From assembly GCA_009602735.1 (NCBI GenBank), contig WELA01001340.1, positions 165,620-185,619 of the forward strand: a DNA stretch of 20,000 nt. The letters are read 5' to 3'. The notes under the pieces were generated by a model, which saw nothing but the letters and a program-made list of their open reading frames with translations, did not search any database and was not told the DNA's origin. Source of the DNA: Mesotaenium endlicherianum (taxonomy: Eukaryota). Of the stretch, positions 1 to 8,852 are shown one piece after another. Position 1 is the first letter of the stretch. Every line of letters starts with the position of its first letter. The translations under genes and the position numbers were made by a program.

Positions 1-2075
1 GCTGAAAATCGAGCTTCCAGATCTGTCTTCAGGGATACCATCACTGCATTTAATTGCAGTCTTGAGAGGGGGTCAGCCGGGTTTGTCTTGCCGGGCTGGT
101 ACTGAATCGTGATGTTGTATTGTTGCAAGTATCCGCTCCATCTTGCTTGTCTCCTTGAGAGATACGGCTGCGTTTGGAGGTGCTTTAACGCCTCGTGGTC
201 CGTGGTGACCAGTACTTTGCGTCCTTCAACGTAGCAGCGCCAAACCTTCAAGGCATGTACAATCGCCAATGCCTCTCGCTCCGTGGTTGTATAATTTTGC
301 TCGGCTGGATTTAGCTTCCTTGACTCGTAGGCGATGGGCTGCAGTCCCTTGCCTTGGTCTTGAAGCAGGATTGCTCCTATTGCATAGGAAGATGCATCGG
401 TGATGACGTGGAAGGGCCAATCTGGGTTTGGACTTGGGAGTGTGAGCACCGGGGATGTGGTCAATCTTCGCTTTAACTCTTGAAATGCCTCTTCCTCTTT
501 CTCGGTCCATGTATATAGCCTGTCCTTCTTGAGTAGATCTGTCAGGGGGGCTGCTATGTGCGAGAAGCCTTGGATGAATTTTCTGTACCAATTGGCAAAT
601 CCCAAGAATGACTGGAGTTCTTTCTTGGTCGTGGGGGTTGGCCATTCCTCCACCACCGTGGTCTTCTTGGGGTCCATCTTGATGCCATCAGCAGTCACGT
701 GGAGACCTAGGAACTCCACTTCTTGTTTGGCAAACTCGCACTTTGACTCCTTCGCAAATAGCTTGTTTTGCTTCAATACTTCAAGGACTTCTTTCAAGTG
801 TCTCGCATGCTCTTCAAGGGTCTTGCTGTAGATAAGGATGTCATCGATGAATACCACCACAAATCTGTCCAACATGGGCTGAAATATGGTGTTCATCATA
901 GTCATGAAAGTTGCTGGCGCGTTGGTGAGTCCAAATGGCAGGACCATGAACTCAAAATGTCCATATCTTGTCCTGAATGCCGTCTTCTCTATGTCCGGTT
1001 CTGCGATGCGAATCTGGTGGTAGCCGCTCCGTAAGTCAATCTTCGTGAAGTACTTGGCTCCAACCAGCCGGTCCATGAGCTCATCCATGCGCGGCAGCGG
1101 GTATCGATTCTTGATGGTGATCTTGTTGAGGGCGCGATAGTCCACACACATCCTCAAGGTACCATCTTTCTTCTTGACAAATAGCACCGGGGCTCCAAAT
1201 GGCGACTTGCTAGGTCGAATGAAGCCATGCTCCAGTAGCTCCTTGATTTGCTTCTTGACTTCGTCTAGCTCCGTGTATGACATTTTGAACGTAGGCCGAG
1301 AGATGGGCTTGCTTCCGGGCTCCAACTCTATCTTGTGGTCTACGAATCTTTTGGGGGGTAGGCCCTTGGGCAATTCCGGGGAGAACACTTCTTTGTAGTC
1401 CTCTAAGACTTCTTGTATCTCCTTGGGAACGGGGCTGCCTTCTTGACTCTCGATGTCTTTCTTGATGTCTTTTGGCGTGATCAAGGCCAAAAGAAGCTCG
1501 TGTCCCTTCCTCACAAGTCTCTTGAGTTGGAGGGCGGACAATAGTATCTCGTGTGCCGGCTTCTGGATGTCTTGGGTCTGGATATTCTGGATTGCGCGCA
1601 AAATACAGATTCTTGAAGTGATGTCATTCTTGATCTTGATAGTACCGGTCCTCCAATCAACTTGGGGGTTGTGCTTGGTCAACCAAGGCGTCCCTAGGAT
1701 GACGTCGTACTTGCCCAATTGCATGGGGGAGAACACTACTCTATCCTTGAAGGACTTGATAGAGAGTGCCAAGGGGTACGTCTTCTTGGAAGGGGTAGTA
1801 TAGGAGAATCCATCGGGCATCATAATCTCCTCGTCGTGGTCAAGAGTTCGCATAGTAATACCGTGCTTGGTGGCAAAATCTGCAGCAATGAAGTTGCCTT
1901 GAGCTCCGCTATCCACCAAGATGTGGACCTTCTCTCCTCCAAGGTAACCTCTCAAACTCATTGGGGCTGGAACGTCGTCTTCAACGGGGGTCTCCACCTC
2001 ACTTGGCGTGTTGCCTTCTCGTGAAGTGGGTCTTGGGGTGGTAGGCTCCTGGCCTACCGGCGCTGTCCGTTTTTT
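1..2075 (-). CDS. pol: Pol polyprotein of element A (aspartic protease, reverse transcriptase, RNase H), 3'-partial, -1 frame relative to gag
   Basis: Absent from the ORF track because it has no stop in the window. Manual translation: protease [11 protein letters not shown] (DSG 1905-1913) and [47 protein letters not shown] (FIDD 840-851); RNase [15 protein letters not shown] (390-398), [28 protein letters not shown]. Confidence 0.95.
2040..2075 (-). promoter_or_regulatory. Programmed -1 ribosomal frameshift signal between gag and pol of element A
   Basis: Gag codons TCA AAA AAC give the canonical heptamer A_AAA_AAC (2069-2075). 10 nt downstream is a perfect 7-bp stem GGTAGGC-cagga-GCCTACC (2040-2058) containing the gag TAG. 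The -1 frame is the open pol frame. Confidence 0.85.
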
Positions 2076-3334
2076 GACAACTTTTTGGGGCATGAAAGTG
2101 CACGATGGCCCTTTTCCTTGCAATAAAAGCATAGTCCAGCCGTCATGAGAGCTTCTTTTTCAGCCGGGGAGAGTCTTGCTTTCACTCCTTGCTGGTTTCT
2201 TGCATCATAAGTGTCATTGGAGGGTCTTCCACTCTTCCGGGCAGCCGCGGGGTCCCTTTTAATAACTCCGATTTCCATGGGTGTGGGTCCAGATTCGGAT
2301 GTGGAAGGGGCTGCGTACACCCGCGTCGTCGGTACCCGTGAAGATGAAGGCACGGAGTGCTTGAAATCCAAGGTATCCACCTTTTGGGCCACTTCAATGA
2401 TCTTTGAGAAGTCCGTCAAGTCGCGTAACTCCACTTCCTTTGCCACCTTGGGTTTGAGGCCAAAGATGTAGCGGTCAATCTTCTCCTCGAGAGACATGTT
2501 GGGGATCTCAAGAGTGAGGGCGTGAAATCTGGATGTATACTCTTGAACGGACGTCGTTTGCTTGAGATGGTGGAGCTTTCCTCGGGCAATCTTCTCCGCA
2601 TTGATGGGCATGAATTGCTTCTTGAGGGCCTCACGAAAATCTGCCCATCTTGCATATGATGGTGGGGGCTCTTGGCCGAGCATGGGGTGCGCCATAGCTT
2701 GATATATAGCCGCTTGATAGTTACGCCACCATGATGTTGCTGCTCCTCTAAGTAAGGTAACGGCAAAGGGAACGTAGTCCTCCTCGGGTACTTCAAGGAA
2801 TGCGAGGTACGTCTCCACTTGGTAGAGCCATAAATTCAGGTTGGCACCTTTCCCGGGGTTGAAAGTGTCGGGTTTGCCGGGCTTGATGAGTTTCCTTGCT
2901 CTCGTTGGCTCTTGTGGAGGCGCTTGAGCCGGGGCTGGATTTTGAGCATTGCTCGCAATAGGGGCAACCATGGCAGCCATAGCTTCTCTTGACGCTTGCA
3001 CGGTTGCTTCATAGGTGGCCAAGCCCACTTGGTTGTGGACGGTCATTAGGAAGGCTGCCCACTCATTTGCGGGAACTCCTTGTGGTGGGGTCAACTTTGC
3101 TATAGCGGCTGCCACGGGATTTGACGGTGCTCCTCCTTGTGGTGCTTCTTGTTGTTGGAGATTTCCTTGAGTAGGCTCTCCCATCGACGCTGGAGGAGGG
3201 TGTGCTCCTCCTTGTGGTGCTTCTTGTTGTTGCAGATTTTCTTGAGTGGGCTCTCCCATCGGCGCTGGAGGAGGGTGTCTTGGAGAGGAAGGGCTTCCTT
3301 CGAAAGCTTGCTGTTGGTCTTGAGGATCGGCCAT
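2054..3334 (-). CDS. gag: Gag protein of element A (426 aa)
   Basis: Retrotransposon-gag motifs [42 protein letters not shown] and CCHC knuckle [17 protein letters not shown] in strong context (AAGATGG) just 3' of the PBS. Confidence 0.95.
   Translation of the reverse strand: MADPQDQQQAFEGSPSSPRHPPPAPMGEPTQENLQQQEAPQGGAHPPPASMGEPTQGNLQQQEAPQGGAPSNPVAAAIAKLTPPQGVPANEWAAFLMTVHNQVGLATYEATVQASREAMAAMVAPIASNAQNPAPAQAPPQEPTRARKLIKPGKPDTFNPGKGANLNLWLYQVETYLAFLEVPEEDYVPFAVTLLRGAATSWWRNYQAAIYQAMAHPMLGQEPPPSYARWADFREALKKQFMPINAEKIARGKLHHLKQTTSVQEYTSRFHALTLEIPNMSLEEKIDRYIFGLKPKVAKEVELRDLTDFSKIIEVAQKVDTLDFKHSVPSSSRVPTTRVYAAPSTSESGPTPMEIGVIKRDPAAARKSGRPSNDTYDARNQQGVKARLSPAEKEALMTAGLCFYCKEKGHRALSCPKKLSKNGQRR
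3128..3277. repeat. In-frame 75-bp tandem duplication in gag A N-terminus
   Basis: Two copies (3128-3202, 3203-3277) with 4 mismatches, encoding HPPPA(P/S)MGEPTQ(E/G)[12 protein letters not shown]. Confidence 0.95.
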
Positions 3335-3358
3335 CTTCTTGTGCTACCAAAGTGCCTA

Positions 3359-3370
3359 GCTCCGATACCA
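3359..3370 (-). promoter_or_regulatory. Primer-binding site of element A (initiator tRNA-Met type)
   Basis: TGGTATCGGAGC, 1 nt after the LTR end ...CACTACA; differs by one base from the usual plant PBS TGGTATCAGAGC. Confidence 0.9.
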
Positions 3371-3371
3371 C

Positions 3372-3874
3372 TGTAGTGAAACAGATAGATAAAGTACTTA
3401 GTAAAACAGAATACTTTATCTATTCAAGACAAGGATCTTTGAACACAAGTGGTAGCTTCTTGAAAGAGAGATGGCTTCTTGAAAGTTAATATATTTCTGG
3501 ATTTTGGCAAGTACAAGAGTGATTCTGGAATGTCTTTCTATGTTCTAGCTCTTGTTTATATACTTGCTACATAAGTAATTTCTAGGAAGGTGTATGTTGA
3601 TGTGTTGGCACCCAACACATCCCAAAACTTGCCACCTCTTTCTAGAATAATGTACACATGTCCTTTTGACCTAAAAATGGCACATCTGACTTTTGCCACA
3701 TGGAGTTCTTCTAGGTCTTTCCTCTAACTTCGAAAATGCCTTGGAAGGTTCAAAGGACATGAACCAAGTTACTAGAGTACCTATTCACACTTGACTCCAC
3801 ACAATACTACTCCAAATATATTTGAAAACATTAAAATATATGCGAACTAATATATAATAACTCAAATCACTACA
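3372..3874 (-). repeat. 5' LTR of element A (503 bp)
   Basis: 8-bp terminal inverted repeats TGTAGTGA (3372-3379) / TCACTACA (3867-3874), AT-rich, bounded by the PBS on one side and by the broken integrase frame of B on the other. The second LTR lies outside the window. Confidence 0.9.
3555..3562 (-). promoter_or_regulatory. Candidate TATA box in LTR A
   Basis: TATATAAA on the element's sense strand about 180 nt upstream of the LTR 3' end; position plausible for the U3/R promoter, no transcript evidence. Confidence 0.55.
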
Positions 3875-6320
3875 GTTTCGCTGGCACGCATCGCAACTCC
3901 TGATCCACTCCTCGATGTCCTTGTCCATATTTCTCCAGTAGTATTCCCACTTTAGCACGCTTGCCGTCTTCTCGCTTCCAAAGTGTCCAGCATATAAGCA
4001 ATCATGATGCTCCGCAAGTAGTAAGTCTCGTAGCTCCTTGATGTCAGGTACCTCCACTCTGTTGGAATCACCATAATACCATATGCCGTCCTTCTTCTGC
4101 ATACTCGCGTCGAACTCAGCTGCTCCACCATCAGCAAACTCTGGATCCTCCTCTTAACCTCTTTGAAGCTTCTCCTTGAAGTCCATATTCTCCTTGATGA
4201 CTGAGACAACTGCAAGGTCACACCTCCTGGATAAAGCGTCTGCAGGGTTGATCTTCCCAGGTAAGTACTCAATCTTGTGGTCGAACTGTTGCAGAAACTC
4301 CATCCACCTTGCCTGTCTTGGTGTCAACGTTGGTTGCGTCATAAACCTCTCCAAGCTCTTGTGGTCGGTCTTGATGAACACCTTCCGGCCGTCCACATAA
4401 CATCGCCAAATCCTCAAAGCCTGGATAATAGCCAACATCTCCCGCTCGTGTGCTGCATAGTTTTGCTCAGCGGGACTCAACTTCCTGCTCTCATATGCCA
4501 CAGGTTGCAATCCTTTGCCTTGGTCCTGGAGAAGAATGGCCCCCACTGCAAACTTTGACGCGTCTGTGATGATGGTGAAAGGAAGCTCTGGACTGGCAAT
4601 TGCCAACACAGGTGCCTGTGTCAACAGCTCCTTAATCTTCTCAAAGGCTTGCTGCTCCTTGTCACCCCATAGCCACTTCTCCTGCTTCTTCAACATGTCC
4701 GTCAGCGGTGCACACACCTCGGCAAATCCTTCAATGAAACGTCGATAATAATTCGCCATGTTGAGGAAACTCCTGAGTTGATGAATATCAGCAGGCACCG
4801 GCCAATCTCTGACTGCTTGCACCTTCTTCTGCTCCACCTTGACTCCTTCAGCTCCCACTATGTGTCCAAGAAACTCCACCTCCTTGAGACTGAAGTCGCA
4901 CTTGCTCATCTTCCCATACAGCTTCTGATCTCTCAAGACCTCCAACACCTTCCTCAGATGCTCCACATGCTCTTCCAAGGTCTTCGAATAGATCAGGATG
5001 TCGTCCAAAAATACCACCACAAACTGGTCCAAATAGGGTCTGAAGATACTATTCATGAGTCCCATGAATGTAGCAGTTGCATTGGTCAATCCAAAAGGCA
5101 TGACTGTGAACTCGAACAAACCATAGCGAGTTTTGAAAGCAGTCTTCTGATCATCTCCTTCCGCAATCCGTACGTGGTGATAGCCACTCCTCAAATTGAT
5201 CTTTGAGAAATACTTTGCCCCGACAAGCCTGTCAATCAACTCGTCCACTCGTGGAAGTGGGTACCTATTCTTGATGGTGACCTTGTTGAGAGCCCGATAG
5301 TCGACACACATCCTCATAGTCTCATCCTTCTTCTTCACAAATAAGACTGGCGCTGCAAATGGAGACTCGCTGGGTCGGATGAATCCCTTCTCCAACAACT
5401 CTGTCAGCTGCTTCTTCGTCTCGTCCAACTCCGCAAACGATTGACGATAGGCGGGTCTTACTGGTGGCTTGCTCCCTGGTTCCAACTTGATCTTGTGCTC
5501 CATAGCTCTCTGTGGAGGTAATCCTGGAGGTAGCTCCTCAGGAAATACGCTCTTGAACTCCTCCAACAGCGCCTTAATTTGGGCAGGCATCCCAGTGGCT
5601 TCTTCTCTTGAGCAGTTGGGCTCTGCTCCTTCTGAGCAAGGGGATCAGACACCACTACTTGCTCCTCCGACGATGTACATTCGCCCAGGCTGTTAGGATT
5701 CACGCTTGCTCCATCTGATGACCTGGCCAGGGCCACCGAAACAAGGTACATCTCCTTCACCTGATTCGCCCTGCATAGCTTCTTAACTTGCAGGCTCGAC
5801 AGAAGACAGTTACTTGTGGTCGTATCTACCTCCACCTGTTTCGCTGTCTCCATTCGACCATCACGCCCTTGGACTTTCACTTGTCCTGTGCTCCAGTGCA
5901 CTTGAGGGTTGGCTTTTCTCAGCCATGGTCGGCCCAATATTACCTCATGGTGACCTAACTCTGCCTGCTCCATAACTTCAGTACTCTGGTGCCCCGCTAT
6001 GTCCACGTGAATAGCTTCCGTAGGTGCACCACACTTGAGTCTCTGTCCATTCGCCAAAATTGCCTCCTTAGGCTCATAATGCTTTTGCACAGGGATTCGC
6101 CACTCTTTCACCAGCTTCTTGTGCACAAAATTTGCACTTGTGCCACTGTCAACCATACACTTCGCCTTGTTGCCGTCAACCACTCCTTTCACGATGATAG
6201 GCTTGTCAACATCTCGTCTTTCGCTTCTTGGCAGGCTCCTGGGGATAACCTCCTTGTGAGTTCTCGTCTTCACGCCAATAGACACCCCAGAACGACTTAC
6301 TGGCGTCCTCCTTTTTCGAG
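3875..6320 (-). pseudogene. pol: Disrupted pol of element B (PR, RT, RNase H, integrase HHCC)
   Basis: Protease MVDSGTSANFV (DSG 6142-6150) in ORF 5458-6381; frameshift between ~5645 and 5590; RT/RNaseH in ORF 4154-5590 with FLDD (5000-5011) but first catalytic Asp changed to Asn (KINL, codon 5195-5197); in-frame TAA at 4154-4156 (QRG*EEDPEF); then HHD..AGHFG..YYW..CDACQRN cut by LTR A at 3875. Confidence 0.93.
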
Positions 6321-7328
6321 CTGTTGAGGTTGTTTCGCCTTCACATAACAGTCTCGAGCCAGATGTCCAAGCTTGCCGCAATTATAGCAGGGTCCTCTCG
6401 GCTTGAGATTTTGCTGCCTGCGCTGGTACTGCACAAGTCCCAACTCCATAGGTACTGGGCCTTGTCCACTCGTGCTTGGCGCTTGAGATCCAAAGTGTCG
6501 ATATCCTCCAAAGTTGTGGCTGCCCCACTGCCTCTGACTATACTCCACAGCGTCGACCCTTGTTGCCAATGCCATCATTTCTCCAAGACTAGTAGGGTCC
6601 TTGAGCGCCACTTCCTTGGCCACAGTTGGCTTGAGTCCCCTCTTGAACTTGTCCATCATCTCCGACTCGTGCATGGATGGACATTGAAGCACCAGCTCGT
6701 TGAAGCGCGATACATACTCTTGAACGCTTGCTCGTTGACGAAGGCGCACCAATAGATCTCGAGCGGTAGCCTCGGGTGCAATAGGTTGAAATTGCCTCTT
6801 CAAGCCTTCAAATAGCTGATCAACAGTAGCAGGAACTCCAGACAGCTGCTCTTCTCGTTCATACCAAGCTCCAGCACTCTTCTGCAGCAAAGTTATGACA
6901 AAGGCGACTTGCCTGTCGGGCGTGAGCGCAGAATACTCCATAAACTTCTTCACTCCAAAAATCCATTGATGAACAGGCGGCGATCCACGCTCTCCAGTAT
7001 AAACTTCAGGCTTAGGTGCACGCACTCCTGATGCGGGTGGAATAACTGGTTGCACCACTGGGTTAACATGAATTGGTGGCACAACGGGTGCAGGTGCCGA
7101 ACTCGTCGAAGCGGCGTTCCCCATAACAACTCGCACCATTCTCTCCACCTCCGTGCGCATATTTTGTTGAAACTGGGTGTAGACTTCTCCTCCAATTGCA
7201 TTCGCCATTTGCCTCAGCATCGCCTGCATTTCTTGTTGCTCTCTGGTCATCGTTGGTGCTGCCTGCTGCCCCGCGCGCTCAACATGCTCAACATGTTTGC
7301 CTCCTCCAGCTGCCGACTGCAACTCCAT
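6297..7328 (-). CDS. gag: Gag protein of element B (343 aa, still open)
   Basis: PKPEVYTG, LRQRASVQEYVSRF, FKRGLK, GPVPMELG, CCHC knuckle CYNCGKLGHLARDC; capsid region aligns by eye with gag A. Confidence 0.92.
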   Translation of the reverse strand: MELQSAAGGGKHVEHVERAGQQAAPTMTREQQEMQAMLRQMANAIGGEVYTQFQQNMRTEVERMVRVVMGNAASTSSAPAPVVPPIHVNPVVQPVIPPASGVRAPKPEVYTGERGSPPVHQWIFGVKKFMEYSALTPDRQVAFVITLLQKSAGAWYEREEQLSGVPATVDQLFEGLKRQFQPIAPEATARDLLVRLRQRASVQEYVSRFNELVLQCPSMHESEMMDKFKRGLKPTVAKEVALKDPTSLGEMMALATRVDAVEYSQRQWGSHNFGGYRHFGSQAPSTSGQGPVPMELGLVQYQRRQQNLKPRGPCYNCGKLGHLARDCYVKAKQPQQLEKGGRQ

Positions 7329-7352
7329 AATATAATATGCAAACTAGCCCAA

Positions 7353-7363
7353 CTCCGATACCA
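7353..7363 (-). promoter_or_regulatory. Primer-binding site of element B (initiator tRNA-Met type)
   Basis: TGGTATCGGAG preceded by ...TTTCA-TC; same distance from gag ATG as in element A (35 vs 36 nt from the first PBS base). Confidence 0.88.
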
Positions 7364-7365
7364 GA

Positions 7366-7500
7366 TGAAAGGGGTGATATTGTCTACCCATTCTAACCTG
7401 TAGCCCTTGTCTATAATGGACAACACATAAGATGAGTGACACCATTCCCTCCAGAAGGAGATATGATTTGCTAACCTTCTGTCCATGTCCGACAGGGGTT
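7366..7500 (-). pseudogene. N-terminal fragment of DIRS-type reverse transcriptase ORF
   Basis: EPLSDMDRRLANHISFWREWCHSSYVLSIIDKGYRLEWVDNITPF matches the RL....FW......VL.II..GY.L.(F/W) motif that opens DIRS-class RTs; truncated at the PBS of B. Confidence 0.72.
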
Positions 7501-8004
7501 CTTTGCCTTGGCTTGCTCTTCCAATTCTGATTTTGTGCCCAGCAATTTTGCTAGAGTGTCCTCCCAATCTTGTGCCCCCTCAGGGTCCTTGCTCAGAGCT
7601 GTTTGCCCTTCACCCACCAGCAACAGGATAAAAACTTTTTATCCTTCAGCACTTATGCTGTTGCTTGCCTGGCCGCCAAATTAGGCAGCTCCTTGGAGCT
7701 CCTTGTTGCACACATCCTAACATTCTATACGTAATACAATCTGTCTACTCATGAGCATACACTAAATTCCTTAAAAACAGATCTGGAAAAAATTTTATTA
7801 TAAAAAAAATTCGGCTTCTTCAGCCTGTACAAAAATTTATTCTGACTCAATATGAGTCTTCAGGAGTTGCCCTCTCTCAGGTGCCTGGCTCCGATCCATC
7901 AACAATCTGAATAAAAAATACTCTCGGACCTCACTAAGGTTGGTAACTGACTACTGCTGTAGGGTTGTAGTTCTGATGCTGCTGTTGCTGCTTCTGATTG
8001 AAGT

Positions 8005-8852
8005 TCACTTTTGACCGTGGTTGTGTCTGATGTTAGGGCAGTGGGTCGAAATGTGACCATCCACTCCACAAGCATAGCAATTGGGTCTGAAGTTTGGGTT
8101 CCTCTTCCTAATCGGCCTACCTCTATTGTCAGTCTTATTCTCGTTTTCTTTGTCAGCAGTAGCTTGCTTGTTCTTGTCTACCTTCAACTGACATTTCTTC
8201 TCTAGCAGAGTTTCACTCATCTTGTCTTTCTCAGCATATTCTATTCTTTGAGCACTTCATTCACAACAGGCCATCCATGCTGATGAGCTATCATAATTTG
8301 CATCTCACGATAGGCGAGAATGGAGATACCTTCATCCACCAATTTGTCAAGCTCTTCATCATCTTTGTTGTCCTTGGCAATCTTGATGTTGTAGAAGATC
8401 TCGGTGAGCTCTTTGCAGTTCGCCATTTGGATCTTGTTTCCTTCAGACAAGTTACCCAAAGCTGCCACATCTTGGGTCCTCTTGATTCTCTTCAACTCTC
8501 TGGCAAGGATGTTAGTCTCCGTCTTCTTCTTCTCTAGCATTTGGCCCATATTCTCCATCATGTTAGTCATGCAAAGCTGGAACTGCTCCAGTTGATTTTG
8601 AGGCACAGGCTGCTGAGACGAAGCAGCAGCAGTCTGGGTCTGCCTCGAATTGTCTGCTGCAGTGATGTAACGCCTCTTTGTCAAGTCTTTCACTACTTCA
8701 TCACGGATGCTTGCAACCAGGAATTTCAAAGCTTCATCAGAAATTACTGAACTTCCCCCTGAGGGCACCTCCTTACTACCAACAGGTGCTTTGTCTTTTG
8801 AGGCCTGGGAAGCGAGGCGCCTTGCCTCTTCTTGTTGTTCTTGAGCATTCAT
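8005..8852 (-). pseudogene. DIRS/PAT-like gag (ORF1), frameshifted
   Basis: ORF 8241-8852 has EGNKIQ...EGISILAYREMQIMIAHQHGWPVVNE, resembling the GN..Q / EG..LI..R...I.IA...GW.VV.E block of PAT-like gags; continues after a 1-nt shift near 8245 into ORF 8005-8220 with CCHC knuckle CYACGVDGHISTHC. Confidence 0.72.

Larger units (their letters stand above)
1..3874 (-). mobile_element. Ty3/gypsy LTR retrotransposon A (5' LTR-PBS-gag-pol; continues beyond left edge), apparently intact/young
   Basis: LTR with TG..CA ends, PBS, gag with CCHC knuckle, pol in order PR-RT-RNaseH (gypsy order), no stops seen in my manual translation. It interrupts the integrase of element B exactly at the LTR end (3874/3875). 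Confidence 0.95.
3875..7365 (-). mobile_element. Ty3/gypsy retrotransposon B, decayed, interrupted by A; 5' LTR not recognisable
   Basis: PBS, gag, then PR-RT-RNaseH-integrase zinc finger with disabling lesions; ends at the LTR of A. Confidence 0.93.

Noticed and set aside
226..2471. Numerous short plus-strand and alternate-frame ORFs over pol/gag A (likewise 4176-7403 over B)
   Set aside because: Shadow ORFs of retrotransposon coding sequence; no independent motifs.
3785..4102. 105-aa ORF as a stand-alone gene
   Set aside because: It is the integrase zinc-finger part of pol B after a premature stop, running into LTR A.
7247..7567. 106-aa ORF reading through the DIRS/gypsy junction as a fusion gene
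   Set aside because: Non-ATG start in the track, out of frame with nothing recognisable after the junction other than PBS and a short run to a stop; most likely incidental.
7366..7612. Short LTR for element B bounded by TGAAAGGG / CCCTTCA
   Set aside because: Imperfect match, and the interval reads as DIRS-type RT coding sequence that continues past 7612.
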